NCBI GenBank assembly: GCA_965207065.1
Contig: OZ242260.1
Span: forward strand, 1,856,001 to 1,920,000
Source: a bacterium
GTDB lineage: Bacteria; UBA8248
Reading direction: 5' to 3'
Length of the DNA stretch: 64,000 nt
Position numbers and translations under genes: made by a program. The first letter of the stretch is position 1, and each line of letters begins with the position of its first letter. The notes under the pieces were generated by a model. The model searched no databases, was not told the DNA's origin, and saw only the letters and a list, made by a program, of their open reading frames with translations. Shown here piece by piece: positions 9,486-19,084 of this stretch.

Positions 9486-11861
9486 ATGTTTTTCCGCAAA
9501 AACACGTCCATGAACAAACTATCCGCTTTGGCCTTAACGGCGCTCCTGGCGCTCGGGCCGGCGGGCTGCGGCGGAGGCGGCGGAGGCGGCGCCCCGCCCG
9601 CCGTGATGCCGCAACCCACGCACTTCGAGCGGAATGCGGTCGATCTCCAATCCCACCCCAACGGCGCCGGGAACGTCGCGTCGCTCGCCTGGGAAAACGT
9701 GTACCTCCCCACGCGGCCGGGCGTGCGCCAGCGTCTTCTGCTTGCCAGGGCGTCGAACGCGGGAACCAAGGCGGTGATTCTTTTTCCGGGCGGCAACGGA
9801 ACGCCGATTTCGTATGATGAAGGTGCAAGCCTCAGGTTTGTCGATAATTTTCTGGTGAGGAGTTCACCGCTCTTCGCCAATGAGGGCTTCATTACGGCGG
9901 TCGTCGAGTCACCCTCGGACAGGCCTGAAGGACCGCAGGGCGGCAGAGACGGCGGCATGACCGACGCTTTCAGGCAATCGTCGATGCACCTCACGGACAT
10001 ACGTGCTGCCGTGGATTTTCTGGTGAGCGAGGGTGCGCGCGAAATTTACTTGATCGGTACGAGCAGGGGCACGCTCTCCGTCGCGTATCTGGCGACCGTG
10101 ATGACGCACGCGAACGTCGCGGGCTACGTCCTCACGGCGAGTCTGGCCGAGAGCCCGCCGGCCGTCAGGTCTTATGCGCGTCGAATTACAGCCCCCGTCT
10201 TGATGGCGCATCACACGAGCGATGTGTGCCGGGTAACAAGGTACGCCGACGCGCTGGCTATATTCGATACCATCCCGGCAAGCACGCGCAAGGATTTCAT
10301 CTCGGTAAGCGGAGGGAGTCCACCGATAGACACGAACCCCTGCCGGGCATTGGCCGCGCACGGGTTCCTGGGCAAGGAGCGCGAGACGGTGGTGGGCATC
10401 GTCGAGTGGATGAACACGGGAACGGTCACGGAGACGAACCTGCTCACGGACGAGGATGCGCCCGCGCCGCACGAGGCGTGGCTCGCGCGCTTTGGGCGGG
10501 CGGCGGCGGAGCACGTCACCGAGGCGATTGGCGACAGGATGCGCGGCGCGCCGAGCACGCGCGTAACCCTGGGCGGTCAGGATATCGAATTGGCAGGTTC
10601 CCCCCTCCCTTTGGCGGAGGCGGATTCCGGCATGCGCCTCGCGGAGGGTCTGCTCCATGAGCGGAACGGGGAGAACGCGCTATCGCGCGAGATATCGATG
10701 AGCGAGTTGCTGCTCGCGAGTTCCTTTCACCTGGCTTCTGCGGAAGGGGCGGATGCCGGCGGGGGCTGGTCGTTCTGGGGCGGCGCCGCGCGTTCGAGCT
10801 TCGACGCGAAGGAGGGCGCGCTTGCGCTGGACGGCGACGTCACGACCGGGACGCTGGGCTTCGACTTCGAACGGGAGCGGTGGCTGGCAGGCGTCGCGCT
10901 GTCGCGCAGCGCGGGCGATGGCGGGTTCAATATGGGCGGAGCTTGCGCTTCGGACTGCAGCGGCGATCTGGAGAGCACCCTCACGGGCGTGTATCCCTAT
11001 GCGCGTTATCGCTTCGGCGAGCGCCTGTCGGCCTGGGGAATACTAGGCCACGGGCGCGGCGATCTGGCCCTCGGGGCGGCGGGAAGAAGTTCCGTCGAGA
11101 CTGACATCGAGATGAACATGGCGGCTGTCGGGGGGCGCGGGGTTCTGCTGCCCGCCTCGAAGGAGGGCGGTATCGAACTCGCGCTTCGCTCGGACGCGCT
11201 GATGACGTGGACGAGTTCCGATGAGACGGAAAGTCTCGCCGAGGCCGAGGTGGAGACGAGCCGCCTGCGGCTCGCGCTCGAAGCCTCGCGTGAAATCGGG
11301 CTCGCCTCGGGTGCGCGCCTCACGCCCTCGCTCGAGGTAGGTCTGCGCTACGACGGCGGCGACGCCGAGACGGGAGGCGGCGTCGAGGTCGGCGGGGGGC
11401 TGCGCTACGCGGTTTCGGGCTTCGCAGTACAGGTGAACGCCCGGGGCCTGCTGGCGCATGCAGACGGCGATTATGAGGAATGGGGTGTGAGCGGCTCGGT
11501 GCTTCTCGCACCGGGCGAAGGGGGACGCGGGTTGTCCATGCGTATGGGTTCGTCCTGGGGCGCCCCGGCGGGCGGAGCGGACGGGCTCTGGGCCGGGCGC
11601 AGCGCGGCGGGCCTCATCGGAAACGGGGAATTCGACCCGGGCGCGCGCCTCGACGCGGAGGTGGGCTACGGTCTGGACGGCATGGGCGGCCTCCTCACCC
11701 CCTACGGCGGTGCGTCGGTTTCCGAGACGGCGCAGTCCTACCGCGTGGGCGGGCGCTTCAGGCTCCATGAGCGTTTGAGCATGAGCCTGGAGGGTGAGCG
11801 CCGCGAGGGTGTGGATGACGTTGACCACGGCCTGGCGCTTCGCGGCTCCCTGCGCTGGTAG
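9486..11861 (+). CDS. Lipoprotein alpha/beta-hydrolase fused to an autotransporter-like beta-barrel
   Basis: Lipobox PAGC plus Gly run; GTSRG nucleophile elbow; WLARFGR linker; amphipathic strands; C-terminal LRGSLRW. Confidence 0.8.
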   Translation: MFFRKNTSMNKLSALALTALLALGPAGCGGGGGGGAPPAVMPQPTHFERNAVDLQSHPNGAGNVASLAWENVYLPTRPGVRQRLLLARASNAGTKAVILFPGGNGTPISYDEGASLRFVDNFLVRSSPLFANEGFITAVVESPSDRPEGPQGGRDGGMTDAFRQSSMHLTDIRAAVDFLVSEGAREIYLIGTSRGTLSVAYLATVMTHANVAGYVLTASLAESPPAVRSYARRITAPVLMAHHTSDVCRVTRYADALAIFDTIPASTRKDFISVSGGSPPIDTNPCRALAAHGFLGKERETVVGIVEWMNTGTVTETNLLTDEDAPAPHEAWLARFGRAAAEHVTEAIGDRMRGAPSTRVTLGGQDIELAGSPLPLAEADSGMRLAEGLLHERNGENALSREISMSELLLASSFHLASAEGADAGGGWSFWGGAARSSFDAKEGALALDGDVTTGTLGFDFERERWLAGVALSRSAGDGGFNMGGACASDCSGDLESTLTGVYPYARYRFGERLSAWGILGHGRGDLALGAAGRSSVETDIEMNMAAVGGRGVLLPASKEGGIELALRSDALMTWTSSDETESLAEAEVETSRLRLALEASREIGLASGARLTPSLEVGLRYDGGDAETGGGVEVGGGLRYAVSGFAVQVNARGLLAHADGDYEEWGVSGSVLLAPGEGGRGLSMRMGSSWGAPAGGADGLWAGRSAAGLIGNGEFDPGARLDAEVGYGLDGMGGLLTPYGGASVSETAQSYRVGGRFRLHERLSMSLEGERREGVDDVDHGLALRGSLRW

Positions 11862-11926
11862 ATTAAACGCAAGCGGGGAGCGAGTGTTTGACGCGATTGA
11901 TGAATAAGTGTTTGACGCGTCCGTGG

Positions 11927-12283
11927 AGGGTTGTTGAAAAAGGCCCCTTTTTTGGGGATAGAGGGGGCACCCCTCTCGGCTTGAAAACCAACCCCCCCAT
12001 GTCAGGGGGGCAAGAAACAGCAAAGCACCCTCTGCCCGGCGGGGGCGTATCGCCTTTTTATTCCCCCCTGACAAGGGGGGGTAGGGGGGGTTGGTTTTAT
12101 GGGGCTTCCCTTTCAAGGGGGTTGCCTTTACCCTCTCCGCCTTATCCCGAGTAGGCCTGCGAGGGCCGTATCGAGGGACGCCCCGTAGGGACAGGCCTCC
12201 GTGCCTGTCCTGAATCGAACTATCCAGTAAAAGGAAAACCACGGGGGGGGGCAGGACAACCCCAAGGAGGGGTTGTCCCTACG
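11927..12283. repeat. Intergenic cluster of hairpin/REP-like elements
   Basis: TGTTGAAAAA end motif, CCCCCCATGTCAGGGGGG...CCCCCCTGACAAGGGGGG, GTAGGGACAGGC..GCCTGTCC, GGACAACCC..GGGTTGTCCCTAC. Confidence 0.65.
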
Positions 12284-12356
12284 GGAGCCCGGCAAATATT
12301 CCCTCTTCGTCGGGATTGACGCCGGAGGGACGAACTTGAATCTAAATGGAGCGGTC

Positions 12357-13247
12357 ATGTCGAAAAGCGTCATGCGTGAAAAGAGTATGCCGGTGATGAA
12401 GTGGTTTTCGGCGGCAATGCTCGCCTGCACCCTCTTGGTCGGCGGCGGGCTTCATGCTGCGCAGATTGAACGGGAAAAAGTTGAAGTCCTGCCCTACAGT
12501 GATTTTGCGGAGGGCGCATCGCTCGCGTGGGAGGACGTATCGATTCCCACGCGGCCGGGCGTGCGCCAGCGCCTTCTGATCGCCAGGGCGGCGAACGCGG
12601 GACGCAGGGCCGTCATCCTCTTCAAGGGCGGCTCGGGTATACCGATTACTTATGACGAGGGGGAGAAACTCAAATTCGTAGACAATTTTCTGGTGAGAAG
12701 CTCTCCTCTTTTCGCCCAGGCGGGATTCGTCACGGCGGTCGTCGATGCGCCTTCAGACAGAAGCGGCGGCATGGACGATCACTTCCGCTCCTCAAAGGCG
12801 CATCATGCGGACATACGGGCCGCTGTGGATTTTCTGGTCAGCGAGGGGGCGCGCGAGGTGTTCCTGGTCGGCACAAGCAGGGGCACGGTGTCCGCCGCCT
12901 ACCTGGCGTCCGTGATGACGCACCCCAGCGTGAAAGGCTACGTTCTCACGGCGAGCGTGGATTCGATTGTCTTCGATACGGAAAAAATCGAACGTCCCGT
13001 CCTGATGGTGCATCACTCGGACGATGAATGCCGCGTCACGACCTACACCGCCGCGGTGGCCTCATACCGTGCCATCACGAAAAGCCCCCGCAAGGGTTTC
13101 ATCACAATAACCGGAGGGGATATGTCGCTCTCACACCCCTGCCGGGCGATGAGCGCGCACGGGTTCATCGGGGCCGAGCGCGAGACGGTGGCCGCCATCG
13201 TCGACTGGATGAACGGCAAGACGCCGCCCGCGAACGTGAGTCCGTAG
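12357..13247 (+). CDS. Secreted alpha/beta hydrolase, paralog of the 9486 passenger domain
   Basis: Signal peptide, GTSRG, HSDDEC, AHGF; long stretches identical to the 9486 ORF. Confidence 0.85.
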   Translation: MSKSVMREKSMPVMKWFSAAMLACTLLVGGGLHAAQIEREKVEVLPYSDFAEGASLAWEDVSIPTRPGVRQRLLIARAANAGRRAVILFKGGSGIPITYDEGEKLKFVDNFLVRSSPLFAQAGFVTAVVDAPSDRSGGMDDHFRSSKAHHADIRAAVDFLVSEGAREVFLVGTSRGTVSAAYLASVMTHPSVKGYVLTASVDSIVFDTEKIERPVLMVHHSDDECRVTTYTAAVASYRAITKSPRKGFITITGGDMSLSHPCRAMSAHGFIGAERETVAAIVDWMNGKTPPANVSP

Positions 13248-13278
13248 GAGGACTTTTCTCATTATATTGCTGGGGTCC

Positions 13279-13387
13279 GTAGGGACAGGCCCCTGTGCCT
13301 GTCCGGTCAAAGGGTTTTCCGTAGGGGCGGACCTGCGTGTCCGCCCGGTTGCGTCTGTGTAGGGGTGGTTCCCGAACCGCCCCTACA
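13279..13387. repeat. GTAG-type REP cluster
   Basis: GTAGGGACAGGC..GCCTGTCC, GTAGGGGCGGAC..GTCCGCCC, GTAGGGGTGGTTCCCGAACCGCCCCTAC. Confidence 0.7.
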
Positions 13388-13414
13388 GCCGGCATGCGTC
13401 CGTATCCGACAACC

Positions 13415-14239
13415 CTACCTCTTCTCCGCCGAGATGAGCCTTGCCTGCATAGGCACCTGGATGGTTCCCTCACTCTCGTATTCGCGCAGCATCCCGACCA
13501 GCGCCTCTCGAATCTTCTCTCTGGCTTCCGCCGTCTGGGAGGCGAGGCGCGAGGCCGTGCGCACGGTGGATTTCTCGAACACGTCAATGAGATGTGCGGG
13601 TTCATCCGCTCTCATGTAGAGGGTGAATCCCGTAATGTCGGGCGTGCTGAATCCCGCCGCCTCCATCACGCGCGCGCATTTCTCATCATCTTCCAGGAAG
13701 GGTTCCGGCGGGCCGGCCACGAGGGGGACGTCCGGGTCGCCGTGCTCCTTGATGGCCCGCGCCATGAGCGACCGGTGGCCCGCGTCGTGCGTCCAGGCGG
13801 TGAAGGCGAGTTTTCCGCCGGACCTGAGCACGCGCGTCGTCTCGGCCAGCGCGACTTCCGGATGAGGGAAATGGAGAAAGCCGAAGTTGCTCGCCACGGC
13901 GTCGAACCGCGCGTCCTCGAAGGGCATGTCCTCCGCGTCGCAGAGCCGGAACTCGGCCCCCGGCCAGCGGCGCGAGGCTTGGGCCAGCATGTCCGGGGCG
14001 AAATCAGCCCCCACCACGGTGCAGCCGCGCATGAGCGCTCCCGCCGAGACGACGCCCGTCCCGCAGGCCAGGTCGAGCAGGCGCGTTCCGAAATGCGCAT
14101 CCACCGCGTCGAGCAGCGAAGGAACCGCCTGTGCGGTGATGACGCCGAAGAGATCGTTGTATTCGCCCGCCGCGCCGTTCCAGCCCGTGCGCTCGAACTC
14201 GCGGAAGGCTTCGGGGTCGTACCCGGATGTTTCATTCAT
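13415..14239 (-). CDS. Class I SAM-dependent methyltransferase
   Basis: LLDLACGTG, DAEDMPFEDARFDAV, RVLRSGG. Confidence 0.9.
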   Translation of the reverse strand: MNETSGYDPEAFREFERTGWNGAAGEYNDLFGVITAQAVPSLLDAVDAHFGTRLLDLACGTGVVSAGALMRGCTVVGADFAPDMLAQASRRWPGAEFRLCDAEDMPFEDARFDAVASNFGFLHFPHPEVALAETTRVLRSGGKLAFTAWTHDAGHRSLMARAIKEHGDPDVPLVAGPPEPFLEDDEKCARVMEAAGFSTPDITGFTLYMRADEPAHLIDVFEKSTVRTASRLASQTAEAREKIREALVGMLREYESEGTIQVPMQARLISAEKR

Positions 14240-14242
14240 GTC

Positions 14243-15673
14243 TCATCTCCCGGGCGCTGCGCTTTCGTCCGACGCGACGCCGCGCGCCACCAGGTCCACG
14301 CCGTCCGTGCCGATGATCTCGCACGTGATGATCTCCCCGGGCTCCGCCTCGGTCTCGTGCAGGAACACCTCGCCGTCCACTTCCGGGGCCTGGAGCCGCG
14401 TTCGCCCGCGCAGGAGCCCCTCTCCCGTCAGCACCTCGACGAGCACCTGCGTCTCCTGGCCTGTGAGCGCCGCGTTGTCCTCGGCCATGATGCATTCCTG
14501 GAGCGCCAGCAGCCGCGCCATGCGCTCGCGCGCGAGTTCCACTGGCACCTGATCGGGCAGGCGCGCCGCGATGGAGCGGTCCTCGGGCGAGAAGACGAAT
14601 CCTCCCAGCCGGGCGAATCGCGTCTCCTCTACGAAGTCGAGCAGGCGTTCGAAATCTGCATCCGTCTCCCCCGGAAAGCCGACGAGCATGGTGGTCCTGA
14701 GCACGCAGCCGGGCACTTTTTCCTTGATGCGCGTTACGAGTTCCCGCGTCCCCGCCTCGTCTATGCCGCGCCGCATGGCGTCGAGCACGGGCGTGGCGAC
14801 GTGCTGGAGCGGCATGTCGATGTACTCGCACACCCTGGGCAATTCGCGGTAGGCGTCGAGCAGCTCGTCCGTCACCCCGCGCGGGTAGTTGTAGAGCACG
14901 CGAATCCAGTCGAGGCCGTCCACGCCGTTCAACTCCTCGAGCAGCCGTGCGAGGGAAAAGCCCAACCCCAAATCCACCCCGTAGCTTGTTATCTCCTGGG
15001 CGAGCAGGTTCACTTCGCGAACGCCCGCCTCGGCTAGCGCGCTCGCTTCTTCCACCACCAGGTCGAGCGGACGCGAGCGGAACCTGCCGCGGAACCTCGG
15101 GATCACGCAGAAGGTGCAGGGCCGCGAGCAGCCCTCGGCCACTTTCAGATACGCGCTCGGGCCCGGCTCGGCGAGGATGCGCGGCAGCCTCCTGCCGTAA
15201 TCCATCAGGGTGTCCGAGAACGCCTCGCGCGCGCCGCCGCGCTCTCCCATCAATAGAGCGGGGAGCTGGTCGTACTCGCGCGTTCCGATGAACAGGTCCA
15301 CCTCGGGCAGGCCCTGTGCAAGTTCCCCCCGGTAGCGCTCGGCCAGACAGCCCGCCACCACCAGGGTTTCGAGACCACCCGCTTCCTTTAACTGGGCGAT
15401 TTCGAGGATGGTGTCAATGGATTCGCGCTTCGCATCCTCGATGAAGCCGCACGTGTTGACGATGGCGACCTGCGCGTCTTCCGCGTCGCTCACGAGCCGG
15501 TATCCCGCGCCCGCGAGGGCGGCGAGCATGATCTCCGAATCCACCGTGTTCTTGGCGCAGCCGAGCGATATGAGCGCAGCACCCGGCGCTTCGGGTCCCA
15601 TCGGGACGGGCGCGTCGCGGCGCACGAGCGGCATCTCGGAGATGGGCTTGATTTGCAGGAGGTTCTCGCTCAT
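14243..15673 (-). CDS. rimO: Ribosomal protein S12 methylthiotransferase RimO
   Basis: SLGCAKNTVDSE, NTCGFI, AYLKVAEGCSRPCTFC, QAPEVDG TRAM domain; ATG overlaps the upstream stop (ATGA). Confidence 0.95.
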   Translation of the reverse strand: MSENLLQIKPISEMPLVRRDAPVPMGPEAPGAALISLGCAKNTVDSEIMLAALAGAGYRLVSDAEDAQVAIVNTCGFIEDAKRESIDTILEIAQLKEAGGLETLVVAGCLAERYRGELAQGLPEVDLFIGTREYDQLPALLMGERGGAREAFSDTLMDYGRRLPRILAEPGPSAYLKVAEGCSRPCTFCVIPRFRGRFRSRPLDLVVEEASALAEAGVREVNLLAQEITSYGVDLGLGFSLARLLEELNGVDGLDWIRVLYNYPRGVTDELLDAYRELPRVCEYIDMPLQHVATPVLDAMRRGIDEAGTRELVTRIKEKVPGCVLRTTMLVGFPGETDADFERLLDFVEETRFARLGGFVFSPEDRSIAARLPDQVPVELARERMARLLALQECIMAEDNAALTGQETQVLVEVLTGEGLLRGRTRLQAPEVDGEVFLHETEAEPGEIITCEIIGTDGVDLVARGVASDESAAPGR

Positions 15674-16995
15674 CGCACGGCCCCCGCCTTCGAGCCCTTG
15701 GGGTCGATGTGCCACTCCTCCCGGGGCCGGTTGAAATAGCGGATCGCCACGTCGGGCAGTTCTTCGCGGAATATATCCAGGGCCCGCACCATGCCCATCG
15801 CCTCGCCCATCTCCCCGATATCGGGCAGGGTGTCGAGGTAGAGCGCGGGATCGATGCAGAGGTTTTTCATCTGGATCACGTGCAGGCCCGTTCGCACCGC
15901 GAAATCGAGGGTCGCCTCGACCTCGGCTTCCAGATCGGTCACGCCGGGGAAGACAAGATAGTTGATCTGCGTGTAAAGCCCCGCGTCCACGGAAGCCTTC
16001 ACGCAATCCTCCACGTGAGAGAAATCATACGTCTCGGGACGGTAATATGCGCCGTGCCACTCGGGCGTGGCGCTGTTCGTGCTGATCCGGATGCTCTCTA
16101 ATCCCGCCGCAGCGAGACGCGCCATCCACTCGGGCCGGCTGCCGTTCGTGTTCAGGTGCAGGGTGCCTTGCAGAGTCCGTTCGCGGATGAGGCGGCAGGC
16201 GCGCTCGATGACGCCCGCCTGTAACAGCGGCTCCCCCTCGCAACCCTGGCCGAAGCTCGCGACGGCCATCTCGGCGCCTTCCAAGTGGGGGAGGGCGATT
16301 TCCGCGAGTTCCTCCGGTGTGGGGACGATCTCGATGCGCTGGTGGCTCGCCGGGAACAGGTCGTCCGTCTGGAGCGATATGCACCCCCGGCAATCCGCGT
16401 TGCAGAGCGGGGCGATCGGCAGACCCATCTCCCAGCGGCGCGCGAAGAAGTTTTTCGCCGCGAAACAGTGGAACTCACGCGCGCAGCGCGCGAGGTGGGG
16501 AACCATCCGGTTTTTCGGATGTGCTTCGAGCATGTGCTCGATTCGCCCGGACAGCCCTGTGTCGTCGTATTCTTCGGGCTCCCAGCGCGGGCAGTCATCC
16601 ACGCGCACGGCGGCGCAGACGAATTCGCCGCTCTCCTCATCGAAGCCGAGCGCGGTGTAGGCCCAAAGCGGGAGGACCGCCGCGCCCGGGTCTCTTTCAG
16701 CGAAGGGAAGGAGGGTGCGCATCCAGCCGGGGGAGGGAAACGTGCAGGCGGCTTGCAGGGCGGCCGGTCCGTCGCCCCAGTCCGCTTCTGCCACGCTCAC
16801 GAGCGCGTCTTCCTCCGCGTCGCCGCCCACGGGCGTGCTGTCCGGAATGGTGAAGAACTTGCTCCCGTCCGGCAGGGGGGAGAGTTCCTCGGGCTCGGGC
16901 GCCACGGGTTCTGCCCCCTGCGCGCCCACCATCTCGAACTCCGGGTGTTCGAACAGGTTGCCATCGGCGTCTGCGACCACCATCAACGGGGACAT
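15670..16995 (-). CDS. Radical SAM protein of unknown function
   Basis: CNADCRGCIS (CxxxCxxC), SFGQGCEGEPLL, NTNGS. Confidence 0.88.
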   Translation of the reverse strand: MSPLMVVADADGNLFEHPEFEMVGAQGAEPVAPEPEELSPLPDGSKFFTIPDSTPVGGDAEEDALVSVAEADWGDGPAALQAACTFPSPGWMRTLLPFAERDPGAAVLPLWAYTALGFDEESGEFVCAAVRVDDCPRWEPEEYDDTGLSGRIEHMLEAHPKNRMVPHLARCAREFHCFAAKNFFARRWEMGLPIAPLCNADCRGCISLQTDDLFPASHQRIEIVPTPEELAEIALPHLEGAEMAVASFGQGCEGEPLLQAGVIERACRLIRERTLQGTLHLNTNGSRPEWMARLAAAGLESIRISTNSATPEWHGAYYRPETYDFSHVEDCVKASVDAGLYTQINYLVFPGVTDLEAEVEATLDFAVRTGLHVIQMKNLCIDPALYLDTLPDIGEMGEAMGMVRALDIFREELPDVAIRYFNRPREEWHIDPKGSKAGAVR

Positions 16996-17228
16996 GGATT
17001 TTCGTCTCCTGAAAAGAGAGCGGCTGCCGGGAGATTCCGCCTCGCCGCGCTCCTTGACCCAAGGCCCTAACCTAGCAGAACTCCCCCCTCACCCGCCAGC
17101 TTGCGGCCCTTGCCAGCGGTCACTGGTTTCGCAATACTAATCCTTCTCTCCATTCACTTCTTTTGATTGTAAGTGGGGATTTCATTTCGAAGACGAATCG
17201 CGAAACCGCGAGACGGAGGTGCGCCCAC

Positions 17229-18059
17229 GTGAGTCCCGAAGAACAACTTTCCCGAGTCGCCCTGGTGAAATCGGAAACCGAACGCCTCTCGGCGTACTGG
17301 CGCGCCTTTTCGGACGCGCGCTGGGAGCTGGACACGTTCTGCCCCGGCTGGCAGGCGCAGCACGCCGTCTCCCATCTGGCGACGGGGGGCGATTTTTACA
17401 CGAACTCGATTTGCCGGGCGCTCGATGGCCTTCCGCCAGAACCCCCTTATGGAAAAAACGTGAAGGAGTTTTTCGCCATCCGCGCCGCGAAGGGCGATGA
17501 ACTCATGGCCATGCCCCGTGACGGGATGATGGATGCATTCGACGCCTCAGCCAAAGCAGTGAACGACGCGCTTGCGGACATCACCGCGGACGACCTGGGA
17601 AAACTCGGCTTTCACCCCCGGGGCCTGACGCGGCTCGACGCCTGGATCGGACTCAGGCTCGTCGAACTCGTGGCGCACGACTGGGATATCCGCTACGGCG
17701 AGGACGCCGAAGCCTGCGTTTCCGCGGACGGCGTGAAGGGGGCCATGACCTTCCTGCCCGAGAGCCAGAGCCGCCTGTTCGGAGTGCGGGAGAACCCGCC
17801 GTTCGATGGCCGCTTTCTGTTCCGTTCGAAGACGCCCGATCGCGAATGGACGATCACCGTCACCGGCGAGAAGGCGGAGAATACCGCCGACACGTCCGGC
17901 GCGCACGACGCCGTCATCACCGCGGACGGCGAGGCGCACCTGCTCTTGTTGTACGGGCGCGCGAAACGCAGCGCCATGGAGGCCGCAGGCCGCCTTGAGG
18001 TTGAAGGAGACGCGGAGCTGGCGAATGAACTCCTGTGCGTTCTTTATACGAATTATTGA
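17229..18059 (+). CDS. Maleylpyruvate isomerase N-terminal (MDMPI/DinB superfamily) protein with SCP2-like C-terminus
   Basis: TFCPGWQAQHAVSHL and ELVAHDWDIR motifs; GTG start after GGAGG. Confidence 0.8.
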   Translation: MSPEEQLSRVALVKSETERLSAYWRAFSDARWELDTFCPGWQAQHAVSHLATGGDFYTNSICRALDGLPPEPPYGKNVKEFFAIRAAKGDELMAMPRDGMMDAFDASAKAVNDALADITADDLGKLGFHPRGLTRLDAWIGLRLVELVAHDWDIRYGEDAEACVSADGVKGAMTFLPESQSRLFGVRENPPFDGRFLFRSKTPDREWTITVTGEKAENTADTSGAHDAVITADGEAHLLLLYGRAKRSAMEAAGRLEVEGDAELANELLCVLYTNY

Positions 18060-18079
18060 TTCGAAAGGAGCAAGACCCC

Positions 18080-18973
18080 ATGTCACCGATCACGGAAGTC
18101 GATGGATACGTCTATTACCCCGGCAGCAAGAAGCGCATCGGCGCCATGCGGCCTGCCGATCCGGCGAAAACGCCGTGGACGCCGCTGGGAAAACCGCTGT
18201 CAGAATGCAAGGTCACCCTCGTCTCCACGGCGGGCATATTCATGAAGGGAGACGTCTCATTCGACTATGAGCGCGAGTGGCGCGAGCCGCACTGGGGGGA
18301 CCCCACCCACCGGGAGATCCCCAAAACGGCCGCCCAGGATGACTGCGAATACTCGCACCTGCACATCAACACCGAGTATCTGCAAAAAGACAGGAACACC
18401 GCGTTTCCGGTGGATATCTTCCTGGACTACGAGCGCGAGGGAAAAATCGGCGCGCTGGCCGACACCCTCTACTCCACGATGGGCTATACCCCCAACTTCC
18501 ACCCCCTGATGAAGAAGACGGCCCCCCTCATGGCGGAAAAGATGCACTCCGAGGGCGTGGACGCGGCCTTCCTCATCCCCGTCTGACCGCTCTGCATGCG
18601 GTCCGTGAGCCTGCTGCAGAGAAGATTGGAAGAGTTGGGAATCGCCACCGTCTCGATATGCAACCAGCCGGAAGTGTCGGAGAAGGTCTGCGTGCCGAGG
18701 GCGGTCTTCATCCAGTATCCCTTCGGCCGCATGCTGGGAGACGTGGGCGACAGGGCGGGCCAGCGCGCGGTGTGCGACGACATGTGCGCGCATCTGGAAG
18801 CCGCGGATGGCCCGAACGCCTACCGCCACCTCACGCACGAGTGGCCAGAACCCCCCGAGGAAACGCAGTGGCATCCCCTCACGCCCGCGCCCATGCACGT
18901 GCTTCGCAACAACGGCACCGCGCCCAAGGGCTTGGGGCATTACCAGGACGAGGAGCGGCCGGATTTGAGCTAG
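18080..18973 (+). CDS. Selenoprotein, glycine/sarcosine/betaine/proline reductase B (GrdB/PrdB)-like, 297 aa, Sec at codon 169 (TGA 18584-18586)
   Basis: WTPLGKPLSECKVTLVSTAG N-terminus; in-frame reading AFLIPV-U-PLCMRSVSLLQRRLEELGIATV; hairpin downstream of the TGA. Confidence 0.88.
18590..18621 (+). promoter_or_regulatory. Putative bacterial SECIS element
   Basis: CTCTGCA/TGCAGAG stem plus inner GCGG/CTGC stem, starting 3 nt after the UGA. Confidence 0.65.
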
Positions 18974-19084
18974 AACAGCCGTCCGCAGTTCTTTTTATTT
19001 TCACGAGGTGAATTGAACTGCTAATAAAGGAGCGTATCCGCGTTTCGACAGAGGGCTTTCGAGCCCTCCGCAGAGGACCCAACG

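Noticed and set aside
15674-16006. N-terminal extension of rimO in the ORF track
   Set aside because: It overlaps the radical SAM gene; the likely start is ATG 15673.
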